From an uncultured Gammaproteobacteria bacterium (GTDB lineage Bacteria; Patescibacteriota; Patescibacteriia; Magasanikbacterales; UBA922), in contig CAYUTO010000001.1 of the NCBI GenBank assembly GCA_964447765.1, forward strand, positions 205,870-269,869: a stretch of DNA of 64,000 nt, read 5' to 3'. Of the stretch, positions 48,780 to 59,600 are shown one piece after another. The first letter of the stretch is position 1. Each line of letters starts with the position of its first letter. The position numbers and the translations under genes are program-made. The notes beneath the pieces are model-generated. The model was not told where the DNA came from, did no database searches, and worked only from the letters and a program-made list of their open reading frames with translations.

Positions 48780-50290
48780 ACATTAGTTACTTTTTTTAAT
48801 TTAACCATTAGTCCGAACAGCAGTACATATAATAGCACCATACTCACATAATGTATCCTTAGTTCGACTGATGCAAAAGGTACGTGCGCAAAAAATTGCA
48901 CTACTCGTATGATATATTCCATACCTATATAACCCACAAACCCAAGCATATTTGCCAAGGTTACTGACACAAAACTAAGTGCGACCACTACTGCACCCGC
49001 AATCATAATCCATGGAATAATCCATAGAATAAGAATGTTTACGAGGGGTGCCACAATTGAAAGCCGACCAAATTGAAACAGTATCAAAGGCAATGTCATA
49101 ATAATCGCAGCAAGAGTTGAAATAAGAGACTCTTTGAGTCCCAAAAAATTGGGAAGTTTGGTTATATATTTTTCAAGTATTGGCGACAAGTAGACCAACC
49201 CAATCGTCGCGAGAAACGAGAGCTGAAATCCTGCATCCCAGATGAGGACAAACGGATTATGGACAGTCATAAGTACTGCGGTAAGTACGAGCACATTCCC
49301 AATCGAGCTTTTTCGACCACCCTGTTTTGCAACTAAAACTAATACCCCCATAATTCCTGCTCGCACGACTGATGCGCTCGCACCTGTAAATATCACAAAT
49401 AGAATAATCCCCGTGATGACGACCCAAAAAGCTTTTTTTCGTGGGATGTACACTGCCTTACATAATGCAATAAAAATAGTCGCAATAATCGTAATATTGT
49501 ACCCAGAAATCGCTACAATATGAGTGACACCCGTGGTTGCAAATAAATCATTGAGCGAACCGAGCCCTCCGCGATATCCATATAAGAGCCCTGCCATAAA
49601 GCTCGCATACGGCTCGTGCCAGAGATACTCAATATTATTCGCAAGCTTTTTTTTGAAAGAAAATATAGCGCTGTAAAATACATTTCCTTTCATCTCTCCC
49701 GTAGGATTAATCTCTGGGTTTTGACAGAGTGCATAGATATTCATGCGCGATAGATATCGATCATAACGGAAGGTCGTTCCATTTTCTTTATCTTCAATTG
49801 GCTCAGGTTTTTCTATCTGGCATTCAATACTCAATTGCTCACCATACACATAACGCGGATACAAATCACCTTTCATATACACTTCACCAACTATTTCCTT
49901 ATCTCTATCAACAAAACGTTCCACGTGTACTCGATACCGCACACCATCCTGCCGAATATCTGGCTCAGATGATACAAAGCCTACAAATGAAACTTTATTT
50001 TCTGCATAATTATGGATATATTCAGAAGTATTGGGAGGAAATACAGATTGATAGCGAATGAAGCCCAATATAAAGAATAGTACAGATAATATTACAAAGC
50101 GAGCTAAAGGGTTATCCTTCCATAGAAAGAATGCCGTTACCAAGACTCCTAAGATACTTACTACATACCACAAAGAAATAAATTTCTCAGTCAAAGAGAT
50201 AAGTGTCACACCCAAAAGAAAACAAAAACAGAGCACCAAAAATGTTTTGCTTTTTGAATTTGTTATATGTATGAAGCCTGCCTTGAACAT
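48776..50290 (-). CDS. comEC: ComEC/Rec2 DNA-internalisation channel core (DUF4131 plus Competence domain)
   Basis: A polytopic membrane protein. The conserved competence-domain region reads ATTGVTHIVAISGYNITIIA. Confidence 0.8.
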   Translation of the reverse strand: MFKAGFIHITNSKSKTFLVLCFCFLLGVTLISLTEKFISLWYVVSILGVLVTAFFLWKDNPLARFVILSVLFFILGFIRYQSVFPPNTSEYIHNYAENKVSFVGFVSSEPDIRQDGVRYRVHVERFVDRDKEIVGEVYMKGDLYPRYVYGEQLSIECQIEKPEPIEDKENGTTFRYDRYLSRMNIYALCQNPEINPTGEMKGNVFYSAIFSFKKKLANNIEYLWHEPYASFMAGLLYGYRGGLGSLNDLFATTGVTHIVAISGYNITIIATIFIALCKAVYIPRKKAFWVVITGIILFVIFTGASASVVRAGIMGVLVLVAKQGGRKSSIGNVLVLTAVLMTVHNPFVLIWDAGFQLSFLATIGLVYLSPILEKYITKLPNFLGLKESLISTLAAIIMTLPLILFQFGRLSIVAPLVNILILWIIPWIMIAGAVVVALSFVSVTLANMLGFVGYIGMEYIIRVVQFFAHVPFASVELRIHYVSMVLLYVLLFGLMVKLKKVTNV

Positions 50291-50293
50291 AAA

Positions 50294-50782
50294 CTTAATA
50301 GAACACGGATTGGACGGAATTTAACTAATTTGAACGGAATTTTTAAATTTATTTTCAAATACTTTTCTTTTAAATTGCGGTTTTATACCAAAATTAAATA
50401 AAAAACCAACCTCAATTTCGGTTGCTCTTAGATAATTAATAAGTTGTGCCTCATGTTCCTCTCGAAGACCTTCCGTTGCCTTAAGTTCAATAATTATTTT
50501 ATTCTCCACTATAATATCTGCAAAATATTCACCTACAAGTATTTTTAAATCATAGACTTTTATCGGGACTTGTCTAATACCTCTGATTCTTAATCGTTGT
50601 AACTCAAACACCAATGCATTTTCATACACTTTTTCTAAAAACCCGTATCCAAGCCTATTATATACATTATAGTAGGCTTTGATGATTGTATGCCCCAATT
50701 CCCCCTCCAACATACAATGTATTAATTCGTCTTGATTCCGTCCAATTCTGTGAAATCCGTGTTCTATTAAATCAAACAACAA
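50294..50782 (-). mobile_element. Putative small mobile cassette: a GxxExxY (PD-(D/E)XK fold) gene flanked by ~45 bp terminal inverted repeats
   Basis: The right TIR at 50294-50342 and the left TIR at 50734-50770 (reverse complement) share TTAATAGAACACGGATT...GGACGGAAT. A third copy lies at 12312-12359. The TIRs overlap the first and last codons of the gene. The gene start overlaps the leuS stop by 11 nt. Confidence 0.35.
50321..50782 (-). CDS. GxxExxY family protein (PD-(D/E)XK nuclease-like)
   Basis: The GxxExxY signature is visible in YGFLEKVYENALVFEL. Length is 153 aa. Confidence 0.8.
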   Translation of the reverse strand: MLFDLIEHGFHRIGRNQDELIHCMLEGELGHTIIKAYYNVYNRLGYGFLEKVYENALVFELQRLRIRGIRQVPIKVYDLKILVGEYFADIIVENKIIIELKATEGLREEHEAQLINYLRATEIEVGFLFNFGIKPQFKRKVFENKFKNSVQIS

Positions 50783-53606
50783 TATTCAATATCTTCCCCG
50801 GCACGTAGATTATTTTTTTCGGTTTTTTATCTTCGATCCATTTTGATATTTGTTCTTGTTCATGAACCGCTTTCATCGCGACTTCTTCTCCTGCATCCGG
50901 AGCAATCTCGATCATGCCTCTCATTTTTCCATTTACCTGTACTGCGAGTGTAATCACCTCTTCCTTGAGTTTCGACTCATCGTATTCGGGCCAATCTGCC
51001 TGATGAATACTTCCCTCTCCTTGGAATATACTATGGTACAGCTCCTCAGTGAGATGTACTGCAAAAGGTGCTAGTATTCGATTAAATCTTTCAAGGACAG
51101 ATTTTTGAATTTTATCAGCCTTGGTCAATTCATTCACCGTAATCATCATCTCTGAGACTGACGTATTGAATTGAAATGCAGAAATATCATTCGTCACTTT
51201 CTTAATCGTCTTATTGATCAATTTTTCCTGAGACTCAATCACCACATCCACTAATTCTTTTTCATATAATCTGATATAGCGCTGAAGGAATTTGTATACA
51301 CCCTCAACCCCATTCGTATTCCACGCAGCAGATTGGGTAAATGGGCCAATAAACATTTCATACATTCGGAAACTATCTGCACCATATTTTTCAATCACAT
51401 CATCTGGATTGATCACATTATTCCATCGCTTACTCATCTTACGACCATCTTCTGCCATGATAAGCCCTACGTTAATCAGTTTGTGAAATGGCTCATCAGT
51501 TGAGACAACACCTTGATCAAACAAAAATTTGTGCCAGAATCGAGCATATATCAGGTGACGAGTTGCATGTTCAGTTCCACCTACATACAAATCTACCCCA
51601 TTCTCCCCCATCCAATATTTTTCTTTTGCTGGATCAACTAATTTTTTGGTATTCTTTGGATCAATGTAGCGCAAATAATACCAACTACTTCCTGCCCACT
51701 GTGGCATCGTATTTGTCTCCCGTTTTCCACCTGGTACATTCACCCAACTTTCAATTGACGCTAAGGGTGATTCGCCAGTGCCCGTAGGTTCATAATGTTC
51801 TACTTGAGGGAGTTCTACTGGAAGTTCTTTATCTCCGACAACTTCAATAGATCCGTCTTCTTTGTGAATAAAAGGGAAAGGCTCACCCCAATAACGCTGT
51901 CTCGCAAATACCCAATCACGAAGTTTATACTGCACCTTTCGCTTTCCTTTATTATTTTCTTCCAGCCATTGAATCATTTTTTCTTTAGCATCTTGGGTTG
52001 AGAGGTCATTCAAGAAATCGGAATTAATCGCAATTCCATCTTCTGATATACAGTGTTTGCTTTCCACATACCACTGCCAAAAAGTTTTATGATGGTCTAA
52101 AGTTAACATTTTTTCCACTTCATTTTTTTTCGCCCACACCACTTCATGCATTCCTTCATCTTCTTCACTCAGCTTTTCTCTTTTATTACTATGGAGCTCA
52201 ACAACATACACATGTTCAAAATCATAACAATTAACATCTTTTCTTGGCTTAAATCCGTGTCCAAAAAAGTTTGGTAGCGTAAGACCAAGAGAAAAATCTG
52301 TATATCCAGTTTCTTCTTTAATTTCACGCTCTATTGCTTCATCTACAGATTCCCCGTCCTCTATTGCTCCACCAACAAAACCACTAATATCTTGTTTCCA
52401 ATTAAGAAGTAGATATGTATCATCTTTTGGGTTATGGATAATAGCTGAGACAACATTCTTTTTTCTAACATCCTTATTCTCTCTTGGTTCGCATATACCG
52501 CTACATCGAAGATAAGGAGCAACTACTTGCTGGATTGGCAAACCAAACTTCTTCGCAAATTCATGATCACGCTCATCATGTGCAGGTACTGCCATGATTG
52601 CTCCTGTTCCATATCCCATCATCACATAATCTGCGATCCAGATCGGAAGTGATTCTCCAGTTACCGGATGAATCACCGAAAGTCCTTTTAACTCTACACC
52701 AGTTTTTTCTTTGGTAGCCTGACGATCTACATCTGTTTTTGACTTTGTTTTTTCAATATAGGATTCAACCTCATTCCAATTCTGAATTTCAGATTTCATT
52801 TCTTCTACTAATTCGTGCTCTGGCGCAACCACTACATACGTAGCACCAAACAAGGTGTCTGGACGTGTGGTGAAGACTTCAATTGTTGAATTTGAACTTT
52901 GAAATTTGAAATTTATGAGGGCTCCTTCACTTCTCCCGATCCAGTGTCTCTGCATATCTTTGATCGAGTCTTCCCAATCAAGTTTTTCTAATCCTTCGAG
53001 CAATCTATCTGCGTATTTGGTAATTTTAATAAGCCACTGACGAAGTTTTTTCTTTTCGACTACTGAGCCACAGCGTTCGCATTTTCCATCTTCTAGATCT
53101 TCAAGAGCAAGACCTGTTTTGCAGGTAGGACACCAGATGATTGGTTCATACACTTCTTCCATGAGTCCCGCTTCAAACATTCGCGCAATACACCACTGTG
53201 TCCACCGGTAATATTCTGGATCAGTCGTATTGATTTCTCGCGTCCAATCAAAATTAAAACCGATTTTTTCTAATTGCGATTTGAATACTTCAATATTTTT
53301 TTCTACAGCAACACTTGGATGCACCTTATTCTTAATTGCATAATTTTCTGCAGGTAATCCAAAAGCGTCCCATCCCATCGGATGGAGCACATTGAATCCG
53401 TTCATACGCTTGAATCGAGAATAGATGTCTGTTGCAATATAGCCTTTAGGGTGTCCTACATGCAGTCCTGCGCCACTTGGGTATGGAAACATGTCGAGAA
53501 CATAGCACTTAGGCCTGTCTGTCGTATCTTCTACTAGGTAAACACCCTTCTCTTCCCAATACTTTCTCCACTTTTCTTCTATCTTTTTCGGATTATACAT
53601 TTCCAT
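50772..53606 (-). CDS. leuS: Leucyl-tRNA synthetase with a Nudix hydrolase domain inserted after the CP1 editing domain
   Basis: The N-terminal motif PYPSGAGLHVGHPKGY (HIGH type), the editing motifs TRPDTLFGAT and AVPAHDERDHEFAKKFGLPI and the KMSKR motif are present. A Nudix box GGAIEDGESVDEAIEREIKEETGY lies at roughly aa 385-530. Confidence 0.9.
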   Translation of the reverse strand: MEMYNPKKIEEKWRKYWEEKGVYLVEDTTDRPKCYVLDMFPYPSGAGLHVGHPKGYIATDIYSRFKRMNGFNVLHPMGWDAFGLPAENYAIKNKVHPSVAVEKNIEVFKSQLEKIGFNFDWTREINTTDPEYYRWTQWCIARMFEAGLMEEVYEPIIWCPTCKTGLALEDLEDGKCERCGSVVEKKKLRQWLIKITKYADRLLEGLEKLDWEDSIKDMQRHWIGRSEGALINFKFQSSNSTIEVFTTRPDTLFGATYVVVAPEHELVEEMKSEIQNWNEVESYIEKTKSKTDVDRQATKEKTGVELKGLSVIHPVTGESLPIWIADYVMMGYGTGAIMAVPAHDERDHEFAKKFGLPIQQVVAPYLRCSGICEPRENKDVRKKNVVSAIIHNPKDDTYLLLNWKQDISGFVGGAIEDGESVDEAIEREIKEETGYTDFSLGLTLPNFFGHGFKPRKDVNCYDFEHVYVVELHSNKREKLSEEDEGMHEVVWAKKNEVEKMLTLDHHKTFWQWYVESKHCISEDGIAINSDFLNDLSTQDAKEKMIQWLEENNKGKRKVQYKLRDWVFARQRYWGEPFPFIHKEDGSIEVVGDKELPVELPQVEHYEPTGTGESPLASIESWVNVPGGKRETNTMPQWAGSSWYYLRYIDPKNTKKLVDPAKEKYWMGENGVDLYVGGTEHATRHLIYARFWHKFLFDQGVVSTDEPFHKLINVGLIMAEDGRKMSKRWNNVINPDDVIEKYGADSFRMYEMFIGPFTQSAAWNTNGVEGVYKFLQRYIRLYEKELVDVVIESQEKLINKTIKKVTNDISAFQFNTSVSEMMITVNELTKADKIQKSVLERFNRILAPFAVHLTEELYHSIFQGEGSIHQADWPEYDESKLKEEVITLAVQVNGKMRGMIEIAPDAGEEVAMKAVHEQEQISKWIEDKKPKKIIYVPGKILNIVV

Positions 53607-53663
53607 AGAAACAATACTAATGTGATTCCTATATACTAGCCCAGTCACCTATTTTCTGCAACC

Positions 53664-56600
53664 TTAAGGAGCAATCTCACCACTTGGACTATCCGAAGGA
53701 GTTGAAGATGATTCTTCAGAAGTTTCTTCACTATTATTTATTTCGTCTTGGACTTCTTGTATCAGTTGATCAATAAAACTTGGAGCTGAATCCACCGTTT
53801 CTTCTTCTGGAGGGGTCGGATCTGATTGAGGCTCAACAGGTACATCAACTTGTGGAACACTCTCTGGTTCTGGTTCTTCAACAGCTTCTTCAGAAGCAGA
53901 GGAGGAGCCTGATTCTTCAGGTACTGGACCCGGTACCATTAATTCACCCTGAAGATCACAATCACCCGGTAATTTTTCCCATTCACCATTGGCAATTCGA
54001 ATACAGTAGATTTCTCCCGTCACACTATCCGTCATTTCCATTTCTTCAGTACGAATCTTATCAAACACACCTACTACTGCAGTGACTCTCTCCGCTAGAA
54101 AATCTTTAATCACACCAGCTCCGTCTGAGAGTCTGTTTACGAGATAGGTCATAGCCGAAGCCAGCGGTCTGTTTGCAGCATAGAGGAGTTCTTCTTCTGA
54201 GAGCGTACGAGGAGTAGATGAATTTACTCCTGCAGTTGCAAGGAGAAGTCCATCGATTTGTTGTTGCTGGGATTGTACAGCTGAGATGAGAGGGATCACG
54301 AGACGAGCATAATCGACTGATCGAGGAGTGGTACTACTTGGTTCGTAGATGACGAGATGTTTGTTAACGAGATCCACTTCTTCTGCAATTAACCCTAATT
54401 CTTCTACCTCATCATGATTACGTTTATAGGTTACTGGTCGGAGTTCCAGTATGGTTGAGAGTCCATCATTCCAAGTCTCAATGTCATGTTTAAATCTTTG
54501 AGAGGAAACGGTACAGTTACCTGCTTGATGCGTGATCTTTCCTCCGGTGTCAAAACACAGATAGTCACTGGTGGCACCAGGAGCAGTGAGGCCTGGCATG
54601 TAGACCAGAGAACTTGAGACAACGAGACCACGGAGAGTAGTCGTACCAACCACGCCCAAACCTCCATCGGTGAACATGCCCCCTACACCCACATTAAGAC
54701 CACTGGTGATGTAAGCGTTGTTTCCTACCGTGAGATTCTCCGTTACTGAGATATTACTTGATTGGAGAGAACCGATGTGTGCTGAAGGGGCGTCGATACC
54801 GCCGAGGTCGATGACGGAGAGAGAATGCGAACCATAGCTTGCTACATAGGCATATTTACCAGAAATATGGATTGAAGAAATACCGTTGAGTGCAGTGGAA
54901 GAAACAACTCCACCAACAATGCTCGGTTGAGTAGGGTTCGAAATGTCGATTACACGAAGTGATGTATCTTCAGTATTCGCGACATACGCATATTTACCTG
55001 CAACCTGGATTGAACGCGCACCATTAAGTTGAGACGAAGAAATAGTACCAACAACGGTGGAAGACACAGGATTAGAGATGTCAACAACACTAACGGTGCC
55101 ACCATAACCCGCCACATACGCATATTTTCCTGAAACATACACAGAGCCTGCAGTACCTGCAACATAAGTCATGCTACTAAGAATTATAGGTGTTGTGGGA
55201 TTGGAGATATCGAGCACTGTTAACCTACCTTCATCACTCCCTGTCACATACGCGTACTTACCTGATACATACACGGCGTTAGCACCATTAAGAGCAGTGG
55301 AAGAAACAATACTACTAACAATCGTTGGGGTGGTAGGATTAGAAACGTCAACGATAGCAAAAGAATCACCAAGAAAAGAGGTCACATACGCATATTTCCC
55401 TGAAACGTAGAGGGCAACAGGAATATTCAATGCAGTAGATGACACAACACTACCAACAATACTTGGCGTGGTAGGATTAGAGATATCAACGACAGATAGA
55501 GAATTAGCGTCATAGCTTGCTACATAGGCGTATTTTCCTGCCGCATACACTGCGCGAGCGCCTTGCAGCACAGTCGATGACACAACGCCTCCGACAATAG
55601 TTGGTGATGTAGGATTAGAGATATCAACGATACGAAGGGAGTTGTCAGCAAGGTTTGCCACATATGCATACTTACCTGAAACGTACGTTGAGATCGCTGA
55701 ATTAAGCGCAGTTGATGATGCAACAAATCCTACAATTGTAGGATTACTCTTGATACTCACATCCACCGACCCAGCAGATACCAGTCCGCCAGTCGATATG
55801 CCGCCAGCTCCCACATTCAATCCATTTGAAACATATGCATTATTTGCAACCGTAAGATTATCTGTAACATTAGCCGTATTTACTTGAAGTGCACCAATAT
55901 TTGCAGAAGGCGCATCAATACCGCCAAGGTCAATAATGCGGAACGTCCCACCAGCACCATTCGCCACATACGCATATTTTCCTGATACGTAGACGGACCG
56001 TGCATCATCGAGTAATGTAACGTGCTTGACCCCTCCGACAATTACAGGATTAGTAGAGCTTGAAATATTAATAATACGAATAGAGTCATCGTCCCGAGCT
56101 GCCACATACGCATATTTTCCTGATACGTAGACGGACCGTGCACCATTAAGATTTGCAGCGTCTTTTATTCCACCAACAATACTCGGAGCAGTTGAGCTAG
56201 AGATATCAATAATACGAAGTGAATCATCACTTTCATTCGCCACATACGCATATTTTCCTGATACGTAGACGGACCATGGATCATTGAGGGCAGTTGTTGA
56301 AACTACACTCCCTACAATAGATGGAGTGGCAGGATTTGAGATGTCGATGATACGCAGTGAGTGAGTGTTTCTATCTGTTGTATACGCATATTTTCCTGAA
56401 ACATATATAGAAGATAGTCCACCAAGTGCAGTGGTGGAAACCACACTTCCAACAATACTAAGGTTGGTTGAATTTGAGATGTCGATGACTTGGAGAGAAC
56501 TATCTCCTGATACATACGCATATTTACCTGAAACATACACAGCACTAGCAGTAATCGCTGTTGAAGTTACCCTACCAACAACACTTGGAGTAGTAGGATT

Positions 56601-59600
56601 TGAAACATCGATCACATGGAGCGATTCAAATGCCGTCACATACACATTATTACCGGTAACAAATAAGTCCCCTGGTAAAAAGATCTCTGAGTCGTTTAAA
56701 CTACCAATGTTAACCGGAGTAGTAGGATTTGAAACATCGATTACATTCAACTCATCACTCCCTATACCAATCGTGTATGCATATTTACCAAAAACTTTAA
56801 CTTCTCCAGGAATACCGCCCAAACTCACACCTCCTAGAATAGATGGTTCAGCAAGAGCAGTCTGATTGAAACTACCTGCAACAAAAATATTTGATGAACT
56901 AACATTCGTACCTGATGCGTTGGTGAATGCGAGATTGCTAGTAAATAAATTAGTACTCGTGATAGATGCCCCAACTGCAATTCCAAATGAGAAATTTGTA
57001 GTAGTTGCATTGGTACCATTTAGATTAGTAAATCGCAATCCGGCTGAGAAGAAGTTCGTGCTCGTTGCATTCGTTAAGGTAGTGACTCCAAGATTCGTGA
57101 GACCAGAGACATTCAAGTTAGTTGAGGTAAGTGAAGTTCCGTTCAATCTAGTAAATGAGATATTGGTTGAAGTAACATTAGTAAGTACAGATGAGGTAAC
57201 AAATAAAAACGAAGAAGAAACATTTCCTGCAACATTTAAATTTCCATCGGTTCTCAATGTACCTGCGACAAGTCGATACAAATAAGTATCACTTCCAAAG
57301 CTCAAACCTCCAAATCTAGTGGTCGATGCAGCAAGATTAAGAATCGTTTGAGGAGAAGAGGTGCCAATACCAACAAAACGACCCCCCGTAATACGCATTG
57401 CTTCGACATTATTCATCATGAAGCTAATCGGATTACTCGCATTTGAATTAATATAATTAACACCTGCCAATACACCTCCTACACCCAAATTCGCATGACC
57501 AAATGAAAATTGGAGAGTATTAGTACTATCAAATAAATCAAACGATGTGTATCCATTGGACGCCGCATTCTGATATCTCACTAATCCAGAACCTGGAGCA
57601 TTAGCTACAACAGTCAACGCACTGCTAATCGATGTAGTACCGACACTAATATTTCCAGAAAAAGTTGTTGTTGCTAGACGAGATTGTCCGGTAGTTGTAA
57701 TCGAAGCACCATTCAACCGTACAAAAGAAATATTAGTACCCGTAAGATTTGTTCCTACTGCATTCACAAATGCGAAGCTAGCTGTTGAAGTAATGTTTTC
57801 ACCAATGAGGTTTGTAAACTGTAATCCGGCTGAAAAGAAATTTGTTGAAGTGCCATTGGTAAACGTAGTCATACCAAGATTGGTGAGACCAGACACATTT
57901 AAATTAGTAGAGGTAACATTTACCCCACTCAAGTCAGTGAAAGAAATGTTGGTCGAGGTGAGTGATGCAATACTGGCACTGCCAAATGCAAGATTACTAA
58001 AGAATGCATTCGTAGAAGTAATACTTCCAAACGTAGACGAGGTAGCAAAGAGATTAGTGGTTGTCAAGGAAGTGACACTTAATCCTCCTGCAATATATGA
58101 GGTGGAAGTTCCTGATACCGAAAGTGCGCCATCTACTTTGATTCCCCCAATTCCAACCACAAGACCGTTACCAACATAAGCATCATTAGTAACATTAAAA
58201 TTATCAGTGATATTAAGATTACTTACCTGTAATGCGCCGATATTAGCTGAAGGAGCATCGATTCCCCCAATATCGAGAATATGAAACTCATTACCACCAC
58301 TTTGATTACCCACATACGCGTATTTACCAGAGACAAAAATAGCTCGACCAGCGTCAGGAAGATTAAATCCTCCACCGATGGTATTTGGAGCAGTAGAACT
58401 TGAAATATCAATCACATAGATCTCGGCTCCAATGGCACTAGAATTGGCCAAATACGCATATTTACCTGCGACATAAATCGACTGCACCGTATCATTCGAA
58501 AAATCTTCACTCCCGACAACAGAAAGAGCCGTAGAACTTGAAATATCAATAATATGGAAATCACTGACAGGGTCTGCGGTACCATTAGTACCTACATACG
58601 CATATTTTCCAGAGACATAGATCGATTTAACGGTATTCAACAAATCAATACCCCCAGCAGTCGTAGGACTGACCGGATTAGAGATATTAATAACCTGAAG
58701 ATCATTACCCGTGGAAGAGGTAATACCAATAAACGCATATTTACCAGATACGAAGACAGCGTTGACATCAGTTGATACATCAACACCTCCCACACTGATT
58801 GGACTTACCGGATTTGAGATATCGATAATATGGAAATCATTACCGGACACTGAATTCACACCCACATATGCGTACTTACCAGAGACATAAATTGTTTGAA
58901 CACCCGTCGACAAATCAATACCACCTACTTCAATAGGATTGGTCGGATTAGAGATATCAATAACATGTAGATCACTGCCTGCGGCTGCAGTAGTACCTAC
59001 ATATGCATATTTTCCAGAGACGTACACTGAGATAGCTGCTGAAGATGCCCAGGTTATACCCCCACCAAGCTCGACAGGATTAGTAGGATCCGAAACATCA
59101 ATCACATGAAAATCAACACCGGTACTCTGAGTAACTACATATGCATATTTCCCCGATACGTGTAGTGCCCGAATTGAATCTGATAAATTAAGAGTACCTG
59201 CTTCTGTTAATGATGTATCTACTGCTTGCGTAAAATTATCTACTAAATACAGATTAGTAGACGAAACATTGGTAAATACACCTGTCGAAGGATTTGAATT
59301 ACCAATAGGAGAGTTGTTAACCGTTCCCCCATCAATCGTGAGAGAATTAGCAACCATTGGGTCAGTCACGGAGTTCGTGGGAAGTGAGAGTGCTCCCGTA
59401 ACAGCTAAATTGGTCGAAGTAATACTAGTACCATTCAATCTGGTAAATGAAATATTTGTTGAAGTGAGACTTGTGCCGTTTGCAGTACCAAATGAGAGAC
59501 TTTGTGCAAAGAAGTTTGCAGTTGAACTTGCATTGGTAAATACTGCAGTTGAAGCTCCCGTTGATCCAATCGGTGTGTTGTTAATACTTCCCCCATCGAT

